Under the pieces are notes generated by a model, which ran no database searches, had not been told where the DNA came from, and was given only the letters and a program-made list of their open reading frames with translations. A stretch of 64,000 nucleotides of DNA, taken from the NCBI GenBank assembly GCA_964016885.1, contig OZ024742.1, forward strand, positions 246,760,001 to 246,824,000, in the 5' to 3' direction. A program made the position numbers and the translations under genes. Positions 30,198-42,987 of the stretch are shown here, in pieces. Numbering within the stretch: the stretch's first letter is position 1; each line of letters starts with the position of its first letter. This stretch comes from Eledone cirrhosa (lineage: Eukaryota).

Positions 30198-31254
30198 GAT
30201 AAACAGGCAGATTAACAGCTAGTAATATGTATAACCACAAAACCTCCACTAACACAATTCACAATAATTATGAAAGACATTTTGAAATATTTGGCAATCG
30301 TTCTAAACATTTATTGCTGTCTTCGTGACAGAATCTTAGGTGGGATTCAAACCTAAATTTAGTTCAGAACTTAATGGATTGGTATCGGTGAAGAGACCAA
30401 CTTTGGACATTTGCCATTCACAAATAAACAGTAAGACAGTACAACAATGAAAACAACGGTATATACATAGAGTAAAAAAAAACAAACAAAAACAAACAAA
30501 ACAAATAAAACAAAAAGCAAAAAACAAAAACAAAAAAAACGACAATTGATACAGAGAAAGTATAGAGATCGATAAATAAATGGAGATAAAGGAAGAAGTG
30601 TTATACGTAGTCGTTAAAGACACCCAACACCGCTTGACCTTTGAACGGCAAAGAAAATATTTGGATATCTATTTATTATATACAATGTATACTTCTTCAG
30701 TGTTCTATTTTTGTAATTTATCACGCTTTGTAGTCATTAATTACACACAAATATGACAGTAAAGGGAGATAAACAAAAATTGACAAATCTTTAATGAAGA
30801 CGTTGGTTTCTATTTGAAATTATGAATTTCTGCGGTCGCCATTTTATTTTTTGGTTTTCTTTCTATTTTGTTAATTTCGTTCTTCTTCGTTTTTACCTAA
30901 CACTTTTGTATTTATGCTTGGTTGTTTGTTATTTATTGTTATAGCTATTAATTAAATATATTAATTAATTATATAAATATATAATTAAAATCAAATCAAT
31001 TCTGCGATACTCTGAAATGTTTAATGTTATATACTTACACCAATAGATATATGTAAATCTTGTATATTTAATGGTTCAGTTATCCCTTCAAAGGAAGGAT
31101 ATATTTCACTGATGAAGCTAGAACAAAAGGTACGATTTTATCCCATTAATGGTATTGGTTTGCCTTTTTGAACTTTATTAATGTAATTGTTATTATTATT
31201 ATTATTAGTATTGCTATTATTATTGTCATTAATATCATTATTCTAGGGCAGTGA

Positions 31255-31650
31255 AAGGCGACGAATTGGCAAAAACTTTAAAGCGTCTAACAAATGGATT
31301 TTTTGCTTTTAGTTACGGCCCTTTACGTTCTATATTCAGATCCCATGAAGGTCAACTTTCATCCTTCTGGAAGCAATACAATAAAGTACTAGTAAAGTAC
31401 TTCTCCCCATAATTTACTGACGTTGTGCATATATTAGAAATGATTATTCTTAGGGTGGCAGATTGGCAGCATGTTTAAAACATCGGACAAAATGTTTTGT
31501 GACATTTAGTTACGGCCTGAGGTAAACTTTGCCTTTCATCATTCCGTAATCGATAAAATAAAGTACAAGATATGTACTTAGACGAGTCGGTCTAATCGAT
31601 GTGCATCCAACGTAAATCATTGACTCTGTGCCTAAATTAGAAATAACTAT
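31255..31650 (+). mobile_element. Two diverged SINE family A copies
   Basis: AGTTACGGCC, CTTTCATCC and AAATAAAGTAC motifs. Confidence 0.7.
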
Positions 31651-31929
31651 TGTCATTGTTGTTACTATTATTATTGTTAATATAATTCATCATCATCCAC
31701 ATCATCATCATTATTAATATTATTATTATTATGATTAGAAACTTCTTTGAGTTCTAATCCTTTCGAAATCATGCCGAGTGTCAGCACATGAGGCAAAATT
31801 CGATAATGCACACATTTTACAATTAATTGTCTCACAAATGATGCAACAAGGGCACAAACAACAGTAAATGTTCTTGTAAAGTTTTAAAATTGATAATGTC
31901 CTTCTTCCTATTATTATTATTGTTCAAAT

Positions 31930-32245
31930 CGGTGGGTCGGACACCATGCTTTGCAGCGTAGAGTTACGGCCCTTTATGATCTGAGTTCAAATTCCGCCGA
32001 AGTTAACTTTCCCTTTCATCCTTACGGGGTGGATAAAATAAAGTACCAGTAATACACTGGGGTGATTGCTGGCATTGTGCAAAAAGTAGAAACAATTATT
32101 ATTGCTCAAATCCAGCCGAGGTTAGCTTTTCCATTCATCCTTACGGAGTCGATAAAATACAGCATCAGTAATGCACTGAGGTCGATTTAATCGACTTGCC
32201 CCTCTCCCCAAAATTGTTGGCCAAAAGTAGAAACAATTATTATTA
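31930..32245 (+). mobile_element. Two tandem SINE family A copies (second 5'-truncated)
   Basis: GAGTTCAAATTCCGCCG...TTCATCCTTACGGGG...AAAAGTAGAAACAATTATT. Confidence 0.85.
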
Positions 32246-32249
32246 TTAT

Positions 32250-33290
32250 TAGCAGACATGCGCTCAGGCTACGGCTTCTCAACTTCTCCCTCGACGGTGA
32301 TCAGGTGTGGTCGCCCTTTGCTAGACGCATGTTTCGCCAGCTCGTCTCCTTGGCGGAGCTGCAGTCCTAGGTCAAGCGAAGACCGAGAGGAAGCGCTTGG
32401 AGACTGAAATGTCTTCAGGCGCTTACAGCCCTCGACCAGTCGGGCAATACGATCGGTGGAAACTCCACCTTGGCGTTCTATAGAGGGTTACAGGAGGGAA
32501 AGAGCAACGACGTCCTTCGGGAGACTCTGGGCGTCAACGGAAATCAACTAGCCAATCTCATCGGGAGAACTTTCGGACCGGGGCCCATGGACAACTTCCA
32601 GAAATCCCTGGCCTGGCAATGCTACCGAGGAGCTTTGCCAGTTCGGGATAAACTCTACAGGCATGGAATTGCCGTCAGCCGGGCCTGTCCGAGATGCGCG
32701 CAGGGCGATGAAACCGTCCTGCACGCACTCGTCCAGTGTCAGAGCATTGCTGGCTTGTGGGTTTATGTCGAACACCTGCTGTCACGTGTAAAACGGATCA
32801 GGCTACCAGCTGAGTCCATCGTGAGAATTGCCCCGCCGCAGCGGAGGGAAGGCAGTTCTTATCTGCCTGGTGGTCATGGTAAAAGAGATCGTATGGTGGT
32901 CATGGTAAAAGAGATCGTATCGTGGACACGTCTGAAAGGGTTGAAGACGGGTACTTTCCTCTTCGGTGACGCCCTCATTAACTTTTTCAGGTTTCACCTG
33001 AAAATTAAAATCAGGGTGGAGAGGGAAGTGCTGCATTCCAGCCAGTTTGTTGAAAGGTGGGTGAGAGACGAAAGGATGGCTCGTGTGAATGGGCCTACCC
33101 TGAGCGTGTGCCTGCAACATCGTAGGAGGAAAACTGGAAGAGGGCACTTGCCCTAGCGGTCAGGGTAACCGTGGCTTTTTTGTGGGCTTTCTTCACGAGC
33201 GACCATCGGAAGTCTCCCCACTATTGGGGAATTTTTCATTGTTTTTTTTTGTTTTAGTCACATACTCTGTTTTTGTTTTTTACACGCAGA
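32250..33290 (+). mobile_element. Tx1/L1-like LINE 3' fragment (zf-RVT region)
   Basis: LAWQCYRGALPVRDKL...CPRC...ETVLHALVQC in ORF 32470-33156; GC-rich island; T-rich 3' UTR. Confidence 0.8.
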
Positions 33291-33508
33291 AATGCATGAG
33301 CATTCGTAAGGTGGAAGGCTTTTGCGTTTGTTGGTGATGTGGGATTTTATGTTAGCAGCCTATTTTCACTGTATTACCTATCCTAAGACTCTCCAATACT
33401 TTCTAAACCTTTCATGAAGGAAGCCATTTTAAATTTTATTTATATGAATGAGTTGGAGTGAATAACCCAACGAAACTTATGTACCTGTACATGTCACTGT
33501 TGTAACTA

Positions 33509-33546
<38 letters not shown>

Positions 33547-33814
33547 GCGTTCGTGTGTATGTGTCTGAGTATGCGTATTTCAGTGTGAATGTGAACCTTG
33601 TCTTTTATCTGTGTCAATAATAGTTGGCTTTCCTGATGGTTTCTTTTGAATGTAGAAGCAATTTATATATTAAACATTTTGTTTACACTCTACTAATTTA
33701 TTAAGTACTTTAGTAACCGTGGTTACCCCCGATTGAACCCGGAACTCACATATCACTTACCACCTATCCGTGCCCCTTAAAACCATCAGCAAGGAACCGT
33801 GCTGACCAAACTGG

Positions 33815-33960
33815 ACATCAACACTTCGATGAAGAATATCCAAATTCCACCAAGGAAACAGTACTTAAAAATTCTGATCAGACGTCCAGAATAAGGCACC
33901 ACCCAACAACAGACTACTTGGACCCTTTGAGGAGGACCTTTTCAGAATGATTAAAAACAC
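33815..33960 (+). pseudogene. PLE ORF N-terminal fragment, internally deleted
   Basis: SMKNIQIPPRKQYLKILI and FEEDLFRMIKN parallel YSIKNIPTPS..YTKLLI and FEFDLVNLISD of the 62566 element. Confidence 0.6.
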
Positions 33961-34001
33961 AGACATACAGAAAAATAGACACAGACCCCCCCCCCCCCCC
34001 C

Positions 34002-34084
<83 letters not shown>

Positions 34085-34525
34085 ACATGCTTTGTCGCAT
34101 ATAGTTACGGCCTTTTACGTTCTGATTTCAAATCCCACCGAGGTTAGCTTTGCCTTTAATCCTTACGGAGTCGACAAAATAAGGTACCAGTAATACATTT
34201 GAGCAATGTTACTCGACATTCCCCTCCCAATCATTGGCCTTGTGCATAAATCAGAAATCATTATTTTTATGATTATTATTATGTATGTGTGTGTAAGGAC
34301 GGTAGTTTTGCAGTATCGGTAGAGCGTCAGACACCATGCTTTACAGCATAGAGTTATGGGCCTTTATGTTCTGAGTTCAGATCCCGCCGATTGTCTTTCA
34401 GATCCGCAGATTGCCTTTCATCCTTACGGGGTCGATAAAATAAAGTACCACTCATGCACTGGGGTCGATTTAATCGACTTTCCCTTGCCCACAAATTGCT
34501 TACCTTATGCCTATATAAGAAACCC
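34085..34525 (+). mobile_element. Two SINE family A copies
   Basis: Core motif present twice. Confidence 0.85.
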
Positions 34526-34734
34526 TTATTATGTGTGTGTGTACGTTATTATATTTATAGGTTTTGCCTTTGAAAATATATTGTCCCTCAACACACACAG
34601 ACGAACAAACGACGCATAAGACAGAGACAGTCAAACACATACAAACATGTTATCGCAATTATAGAGTGGCATATAATCAAATATATGAAATTATTTGCCC
34701 TTAAAACATTTGCCAACATCAGTATATATATATA

Positions 34735-34772
<38 letters not shown>

Positions 34773-35531
34773 GTTCGCGTATATACGTACGTATGTAAGA
34801 ATGTATACATGTTCATATATAACTATATTTAATAAGGGAATATGTTTTCAAAGGATGAAATCTCCGAGGCAGAAAACCAAATTTAGTCGTTTGAAAATAG
34901 AGGTAAACAGTGTAAAGGAATTGAATATTAAAAAGTAATTTCACATGAAATTGCAGACAGGGAGGAGTCGGTTCGAATTGGTTGATTCCTACTATATATA
35001 TATATATAACCATATATATTTTTATATATTTTTATATTTTTATATCTGCTTGACCCGAATTAGACGGTCGTTTTTTCGCAGTGCGGATGATTATTTTAAC
35101 CACCATCTCAGTGTGTTTGGCCTTTAACGTAAGTTGTAGCTCGAGCGCTTGCCACACAACTCGGAAGTGTTTTTCGTTAATTCCTGAGCTGAAACTCGAT
35201 TCTCGCTAATTTTTACTTATATATATATATATATATATATAGATGTATGTAAAAGGTAAACAGAAATAAGAACACAATCGGTACAGTATATGGAAGGGAC
35301 ATATATATTAGGTTAACGCTTGATATAGCGGGAAGAGGGTCTTAACGTTTCGGACGAGTTCCACAACAGTTAGTTCACCATTCCGGAATAACCCTCCAGT
35401 GGCAGTGTTCTACTATTATACATACATATATATATATATTTAAAGGTTAAACAATGTTAAATGAATAAATCAAAGAATGAGTTTTACAATAGATTGGAAG
35501 CACTCCACAGTATGGTTTTCCGGAGTTATTA

Positions 35532-35865
35532 ATATTAATTCAAAATATTAACAAAAATAGACATTAGTGCGATCAAGTATATTTTATTATACATATTTCA
35601 GAGGTACTGAGCTATCTTCAACAGTACGTCCTCATCAGATAAAATAAGATGATGCATGACATACCCTGACTTAGTAGATGGTTAAGATTCAGTCATGGTA
35701 GTGACTGAATCTTAACCATCTACTAAGTCAGGGTATGTCATGCATCATCTTATTTTATCTGATGAGGACGTACTGTTGAAGATAGCTCAGTACCTCTGAA
35801 ATATGTATAATAAAATATACTTGATCGCACTAATGTCTATTTTTGTTAATATTTTGAATTAATAT
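35532..35865. repeat. Perfect palindrome, 164-bp arms, 6-bp spacer (fold-back PLE pLTR-like element) between (TA)n tracts
   Basis: 35532-35695 is the reverse complement of 35702-35865; left side extends to (TA)n at ~35439. Confidence 0.95.
35751..35817 (+). ncRNA. Type I hammerhead ribozyme motif (mirror copy at 35580-35646 on minus strand)
   Basis: tattttat-CTGATGA(35759-35765)-ggacgtactg...cagtacctct-GAAA(35798-35801)-TATGTATA-ataaaata; perfect 8-bp stem I. Confidence 0.8.
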
Positions 35866-36189
35866 ATATATATATATGTATGTATATATATATATATAGA
35901 TATATATATTTCTAAAAGTGTTTGTAGTAGTAGTGTTAGTAGCAGTTGTAGTATTAATGGTAGAAGTAATGACAGTATTTGTGGTAGTAAAAGACGAAGT
36001 TTTGCAGTGAACGTAAGTACGTATTTTCTTTGTTAATTCGTTGTTGATCGGAAATTCCATTAAACACGCTCAAGCACACAGGATCACGCTTACATTTATA
36101 TATACATACACTTACGCCAACAATTACTACTAAAGACCCCCCACGGTTACGAATGACCCTTGTATCTAGAAATTCCTCTCAGAGGCAAA

Positions 36190-36440
36190 TGTCCGGACAA
36201 GGTTGTTTATGGAAGATAAACAGTCGTCCATGCTTACTAGCCACTCCCCTCCACCGATATTGTCCAAGAGAAATGAAATGCTTGGCACCAGTGACGTCGC
36301 ACGTCATTTCTATAGCTGAATAAACTGGAGCAACGTGAAATAAAATGCTTGGCTGAAGGACACAACATAACTGAAAATTGAACTACCAACCTTCCGATTG
36401 TAAGCTTAACGCTCTAACTACAAAATCATGCGCCTTCACT
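36190..36440 (-). mobile_element. Diverged SINE related to family B
   Basis: GGAGCAACGTGAAATAAAATGCTTGGCTGAAGGACACAAC...GCGCCTTCAC. Confidence 0.6.
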
Positions 36441-36471
36441 ATCTGTTTACTTATGTATACGTATCATAATA

Positions 36472-36663
36472 TAATTGTTTCTACTTTTGGCACAAGGCCA
36501 GCAATTACCCCACTACATTACTGGTACATTATGTTATCGACCTCGTAAGGATAAAAGGCAAAGTGAACCTCGGCGGGATTTGAACTCACACCATAAAGGG
36601 GCATAACTCTATGCTGCAAAGCATGGCGTTCGACCTTCTACTGATACTGCAAAGCCCCCGCCT
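36472..36663 (-). mobile_element. SINE family A
   Basis: Full head, core and tail. Confidence 0.9.
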
Positions 36664-36828
36664 TTATATACGTATCATCATATAATAAAGGAGTGCGTCC
36701 TGGATATATTTTTTTACCTCGTTTGTAAAATAAGTTGGATTACTTGGAATAAATAATGAATGAATATTATATAATTTATGTACTAAATTTCGTAACTCTT
36801 GATTAAATATAAATAATTTTATATATAA

Positions 36829-36967
36829 CTAGCAGAATGGCCAGGTGTTGCTCGGGATTTGCTCTAGGGTTCTTACATATTTGATATATATTTATCCTTA
36901 TCGAGCCTCGTGAAATAAATACGTTTGTTTATATTTTGTTATTGTGTATACAAAAATATCTGTACAC

Positions 36968-37026
<59 letters not shown>

Positions 37027-37349
37027 TATATGTTTTGTTTATACCATTACTTATTTGCATAGGTAAGTATATAATACCTGTATGTTTTGTGAAAGGAACG
37101 TTTCCACGAACCAAAGTATCGTCTTCCTGTCTTCCCCCGGTTGCAACGTTTTTTGAAATATCCACTTCTGCGTTTACAGATTGACTTTGTTAGTTTCAGA
37201 AGATCCCGTTAAGGGTGAAAGCAGCGATTCTTTGCTTAAACTTTAATCTGTTATTTTAATAAATATTTGCTCTACGGTTCTTATATATTTGATATATATT
37301 TATCCTTATCGAGCCCTCTTTGGATTTTAGTCTTCAAATTTATTATTAT

Positions 37350-37436
<87 letters not shown>

Positions 37437-37650
37437 TAACAGATTAAAGTTTAAGCAAACAATCGCTGCTTTCACCCTTAACGGGATCTTCTGAAACTAA
37501 AAAATCTTTGAACGCAGAAATAAATATTTCAAAAAGCGTTACACACTATACACACAAACACACACACACACACACACATATATATAGTGACGTCATAATG
37601 TAGTAATGCAGACAGCCAGACATACAGTCAGATATTATAAGGGCGCAACG
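36829..37650 (-). mobile_element. Composite: Helitron 3' end, PLE pLTR fragments and Helitron-internal segment
   Basis: Minus-strand CCCGAGCAACACCTGG...CTAG|T ending at 36829; pLTR pieces at 37023-37335 (+) and 37430-37540 (-); 37586-37650 matches 7555-7620. Confidence 0.6.
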
Positions 37651-37674
37651 TTATATCTATGTATCTATCTAAAA

Positions 37675-38573
37675 CTAGCAGTAAAGCCCGGCGTTGCTCG
37701 GGGTCGCTCAGTAGCTGTGTTAAAGTTACAATGTTAAGTTTCTTTTTTGGCTTAAAAACTGTAGTGTCTACTGTGCAGACTTGCATGTGGTGTTTTTGAT
37801 TAATATTCCCTCAACCAACAATATGCCTTATGAAGTTAAGAAAACATAACGATAACCCGAATGTTATAACAAAAGAGGATGCTGGGGATAAAAACTACAC
37901 TGGTTATTTATTAACAAAGATCGAAAATGTAAACACTGCAACGCAGAGAAAAACATTAGCGTAACCAAATTATCAGTTATGTCTGTCTGCACGCCTATAT
38001 CACCTCTCTGCACGACTGTCTGTCTGCACGCCTATATCACCTCTCTGCACGACTGTCTGTCTGCACGACTGTCTGTCTGCACGCCTAACGAAATTTACAG
38101 ATACATATATTTTAAATAAACTTATATAATTTTTGCTTTTTTTTACGAAATATTTGCTTGTTTTACGTAGTCTTTAAATAGACTTGTTTTCAAGTAAAAA
38201 TATTGTTTTAAAATGCTTTTAAATGGAAATGAAGCTTGTTTTACGTAGTCTTTAAATAGACTTGTTTTCAAGTAAAAATATTGTGTTAATGTCATTTTAA
38301 ACGCTGAGAAAGCCAGCGTAATTTTTTACGTAAGACGCTCAATGTAAACAGAACAAAGGGAAATAACTGATAACTTACGCTCAAAAATCGATACATTATA
38401 TTCGATTTCGTCACATAGGGTGGGTCAATTTGAAATATTTTTTTTCCGATGTCTTCGCTAGGGCTCAATGTACAAGTATAGCAATTTCGGTGCAATTCCG
38501 TGAGAGATTCTAAGAGGAGATGTGTGCCAAAAATCGATAGACAGACAGACAACCACAGTTTTATATATATAGA
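37675..38573 (-). mobile_element. Non-autonomous Helitron
   Basis: Minus strand: A|TCTATATATATAAAACTG start, 3' hairpin CCCGAGCAACGCCGGG and CTAG|T; internal tandem duplications. Confidence 0.8.
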
Positions 38574-38620
38574 TGAGAAAGTCAAAGAATTATAGAGAGA
38601 GATCGCTAAATCGCGTAATG

Positions 38621-39160
38621 CATACGTACATATATATATGTGTGCATGTATGTATATATATATACATACTACTGTACGTCTGTATACATATATGTATGTA
38701 CGTGTACATACTTATATTTAAGTAACAGCCGTACTAAGAGTCAGAAATGAAATTTCGTTTCATTTTTTTCCGTTTATCGTTCTCGGTGCACCCGGCCGAT
38801 TAACCCACTCGATATGCAAATTGGGCTACTCAGCCGTTAATATGCACTAGGTAAGTATATACGTTCAACAATCTGGCAGGAAGGTATACGTTGCTGACGA
38901 TAGCTAATAAGCTTGAAACTAGTACAGCGTTCCTTTGTCAGTGTTGAACAAACGAGCAACGATGGTTGCTGGACACTACGGCTTAATACGGGATGTTTGT
39001 TTACAAACACACCGAGCATTATAATAAATGTTCGGTGAATCCATACGTACATATATATATATGTGTGCATGTATGTATATATATATACATACTACTGTAC
39101 GTCTGTATACATATATGTATGTACGTATACATACTTATATTTAAGTAACAGCCGTACTAA
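38621..39160 (+). mobile_element. Retrozyme-like element, copy 2: ~1.28 monomers of a ~421-bp hammerhead-containing unit
   Basis: Direct repeats 38621-38737 and 39042-39160; no credible ORF; extensive self-complementarity. Confidence 0.75.
38863..38949 (+). ncRNA. Type I hammerhead ribozyme with long stem I
   Basis: acgttg-CTGACGA(38894-38900)-t agct aata agct t-GAAA(38915-38918)-CTA-GTA-cagcgt; palindromic ACTAGT stem III; stem I extends via ctggcaggaagg/cctttgtcag and gttcaaca/tgttgaac. Confidence 0.8.
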
Positions 39161-39402
39161 CCGATTACAGAAGACAGTGTAACACAGTCTCTCTTCAATT
39201 TCTGTGCATGTTCTCAATTACGATCTTATTTGGCATTTCATATCTACATAATGCATATAATATCAATATGCACACTACACATGCTAGAAGAAAACCAGCC
39301 CGACCTTTCGGATGTTTCTATTAGAATCCTCTGGAAGGTGGGTCTGAGGACACTACCACCACGACACACTCTCAGGAATTTAGTCGTTCAATGTAAGTGA
39401 TC

Positions 39403-39500
39403 AGGGACTCATTAGCGTAGTGGTTAACACACTCGCCCGGGTTCCGAGAGATACGGAGTTCGATTGCGCGCAGATGCCACTGTAAATTATTATTTATAGG
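39403..39500 (+). mobile_element. tRNA-like SINE head (not a functional tRNA)
   Basis: A box TAGCGTAGTGG and B box GAGTTCGATT; no proper acceptor or anticodon stems. Confidence 0.5.
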
Positions 39501-39696
39501 GATAAACTATTGACACTTTTACCAATGTTTCTTCAGTCAACCGGATGTCTACACTTACGAATATGTGTATATAATAATATAATGATAATGAAATTATTGT
39601 ATACAGTGCTCAGGTGCACTACAACTCGTCAACGGTGCATGTTCTGAATAAGATAGGTGATGCAAATTCTAATATGTTTGTGTTCGGAATATATAT

Positions 39697-39810
<114 letters not shown>

Positions 39811-39942
39811 ACAGATACATATGTATATATATATAAATATATTTATGCATTTTGATTCATAAAGGTAGATAAAAGATCTATATGTCATGGATTTTATTAA
39901 TTTATACGAACCTACGCCTGCCTAAATTTCTCGCTTTAGTTT

Positions 39943-39973
<31 letters not shown>

Positions 39974-39999
39974 AGAGAGAGAGAGGGAGAGAGAGAGAA

Positions 40000-40065
<66 letters not shown>

Positions 40066-40216
40066 CGATGGAAAAAGAGGGAATGACTCTCATAAACAGA
40101 GTGAGAGAGGGAGAGAAACGTAATGACTTCAAGAGGAGGAAATATTTAATCTTTGATCAATCGTTGGTCTTCTAATACAACCAATATAAGTGTAACCCAC
40201 ATTGAAACGATGCTCA

Positions 40217-40218
<2 letters not shown>

Positions 40219-40290
<72 letters not shown>
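40219..40290. repeat. (CTA)n microsatellite
   Basis: Direct reading. Confidence 0.97.
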
Positions 40291-40291
<1 letters not shown>

Positions 40292-40353
40292 CAAGCCCAA
40301 CGGACTGGTTCCTTTATGTGAAATATCTTGTAAGAAGAAGAAACATTATTAAC

Positions 40354-40703
40354 TGGCAGTATCGGTAGAGAGTCGGACGCCATGCTTTCAAGCATAGTTA
40401 CGTCCCTTTACGATCTGAGTTCAAATCCGGCCGAGGTTGACTTTGCCTTTCATCCTTACGGGGTCGATAAAATAAAGTACCAGTAATGCACTGGGTAATT
40501 GCTGGCCTTGTGCTTAAAGTAGAAACAAGTATCGGTAGAGAGTCGGACGCCATGCTTTCCAGCATAGTTACGTCCCTTTACGATCTGAGTTCAAATCCCG
40601 CCGAGGTTGACTTTGCCTTTCATCATTACGGGGTCGATAAAATAAAGTACCAGTAATGCACTGGGTAATTGCTGGCCTTGTGCCTAAAGTAGAAACAATT
40701 ATT
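40354..40703 (+). mobile_element. Head-to-tail dimer of near-identical SINE family A copies
   Basis: 40358-40527 repeated at 40528-40697 with few substitutions. Confidence 0.92.
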
Positions 40704-40986
40704 AACTGATTATATGAAATTTCTAATTTACGTCACTAAAGATATCTATGGCCTCGCTCCTATTTTAAGAATTAAACAAGGATTTATTTGTCTGTAAAAT
40801 GTGTTTTTCCGTGGCCTCAACCTAAATGTTATGATACCAAGACGCCTGTAATCTCAAATTTACCAAAGTTATTTTGTTTCTGAGTACTACATACACTAGA
40901 TTCCGAAATATACGGAACCCATACGTATCTACAATGGACAGTCTTCACCAGCCAAATTGCAACTTTAAACGACGAAACAAAGTATT

Positions 40987-41165
40987 TGGCAGTATCGGTA
41001 GAGGGTTGGACGCCATGCTTTCTAGCATAGTTACGTCCCTTTATAGTCTGAGTTCAAAACTCGCCGAGGTTAACTTTGCCTTTCATCCTTACGGGGTCGA
41101 TAAAATAAAGTACCAGTAATGTACTGGGTTATTGCTGGCTTTGTGCCTAAAGTAGAAACAATTAT
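40987..41165 (+). mobile_element. SINE family A
   Basis: Full core and tail. Confidence 0.9.
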
Positions 41166-42691
41166 TTTATAGAGATAATTTATTTATGTAAAAATATATA
41201 TGGTTAATTTATATTAAATTTTATTAAAAGGCATCTTGGTTTTTCTTTAGGAATATACCTTAAGAAACGGTTTGGTAGTGTCAAGGATCACGTACTCATA
41301 TGTTTTCTACCTCTAGATGTAGACGCAGCATAGCAGACTGCTTAAGCAGTTTGCCCCACAATCACTAGGTCCAGGGTTCGACGCAAGCTTTGTGAGAGAG
41401 ATTGGTTAGATGGCAGTTCTTTGGATGCCCGTCTGATCAATTGTTAATTTCACGAGAAAAAGAGTTGCGTTAAATGAGCAACTGGAACACTCATCGTCGA
41501 AACCGGCGGAGGTCTATTCCTTCATTATATAGGAGGAATGAAGGTAGCGAATTGGTAGAGTTGTTTGGGTGTCGGATTAACAATGATTCGGTATTTGTTT
41601 CAGCTCATTGCTCTCTGAGTTCAAATGCCATCGAGATCAACTTTGCCGTTCATCCCGTGAAGGTTGATTAACAAAGAACCTGTCTAGTTCTTTAAACGCT
41701 TTCTCTTTAACAGTTTCTTTCTCTATCTAGAAGGAGATCCAGTCTGGAAAGGAATGAGCTTCGCCATTTTTCAAATGCCCAAGAGATACTGTGTGTCAGT
41801 ACGGCGTCCCTACGATAACATGAGGAATTAAGAGCCTTTTACCTTAAATAAGGAAGTGAGAGACACAAGCTAAAATTATTCGCGTCTTTTATTTATCAGG
41901 TATTTAGGAAGTGCCAATGATACGTTGAACGTAAAGATGACTGTGTTGCATCGGGGATGTGCTGTAATGTTTTGTGTCCGTCATATTTGGTTGGTACGGG
42001 TGGTCTTGTTATACCGGTGTTGTGATGAAGATAAGTAAAGTTCTGTTGTAAAGTTTTGTGAGTATGTTCTTTAGTCCTTGATGTGTTAAATGGAAAAACG
42101 GTCTTACTCAATAAATCAGCGAAAACAACTCCAGGAAAAGTATTTTCTTAAAAGAACGCTGCAAAGCACAAACCCACTAAATCACATACACACAGAAACA
42201 CCCCCGCATACACACAAACAGAGACGTGTGTATACATTTGTAAACAAGCACACATACACACAAAATCATACATATATAGGCACATATACTTACATATGTA
42301 TGCAAGTATGTATGTATGTATATACGAATGTGTGTGTGTATGTGTGTGTGCGCACGTGTTTGTGTGTGTGTGTGTGTATCATGATTCTACTTATATATAT
42401 TTCAGTTTATTGAGCTACACACACACACTCACACACACAGAACAAACGCGCTGCGCGCGCTCACGCATATATTTAGTTGAAGAAACAAAACAACAAAACA
42501 AAACAAAAATAGAAGACATAACACGGGATATGAAATTGAAATTATTTGCTTAACTGTGGAAAAATGAAAGTGAGTTAATTATGACGTTTCGGGATATGTC
42601 CTTCGTCGAAATAATCGAGAAAAAAAGTGATGGAATGTAGGGAAATATAAAGAAAAAAAAAGGAAATGTTGATATTGATGATTATGATGAT

Positions 42692-42983
42692 AATAATTGT
42701 TTCTACTTTTGGCACAAGGCCAGCAATTATCCCAGTGTATTACTGGTACTTTATTTTATCGACCCCGTAAGGATGAAAGGCAAAGTTAACCTTAGCGGGA
42801 TTTTGACTCAGACCGTAAAGGGCCGTAATTCTGTGCTGCAAAGCATGGCGTCCGACGCTCTACCGATACTGCCAACCCACGATGATGATGATAATAATTG
42901 TTTCTACTTTTGGCACAAGGCCAGCAATTACCCCAGTGTATTACTGGTACTTTATTTTATCGACCCCCGATACTGCCAATCCA
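42692..42983 (-). mobile_element. SINE family A plus an internally deleted tandem copy
   Basis: Second copy jumps from ATCGACCCC to CGATACTGCCAATCC. Confidence 0.88.
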
Positions 42984-42987
42984 CAGT

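Noticed and set aside
39403-39480. tRNA gene
   Set aside because: A and B boxes present but the cloverleaf stems do not form
41890-42060. Possible exon after TTTTATTTATCAG
   Set aside because: No recognisable peptide in any frame and no supporting neighbouring exons
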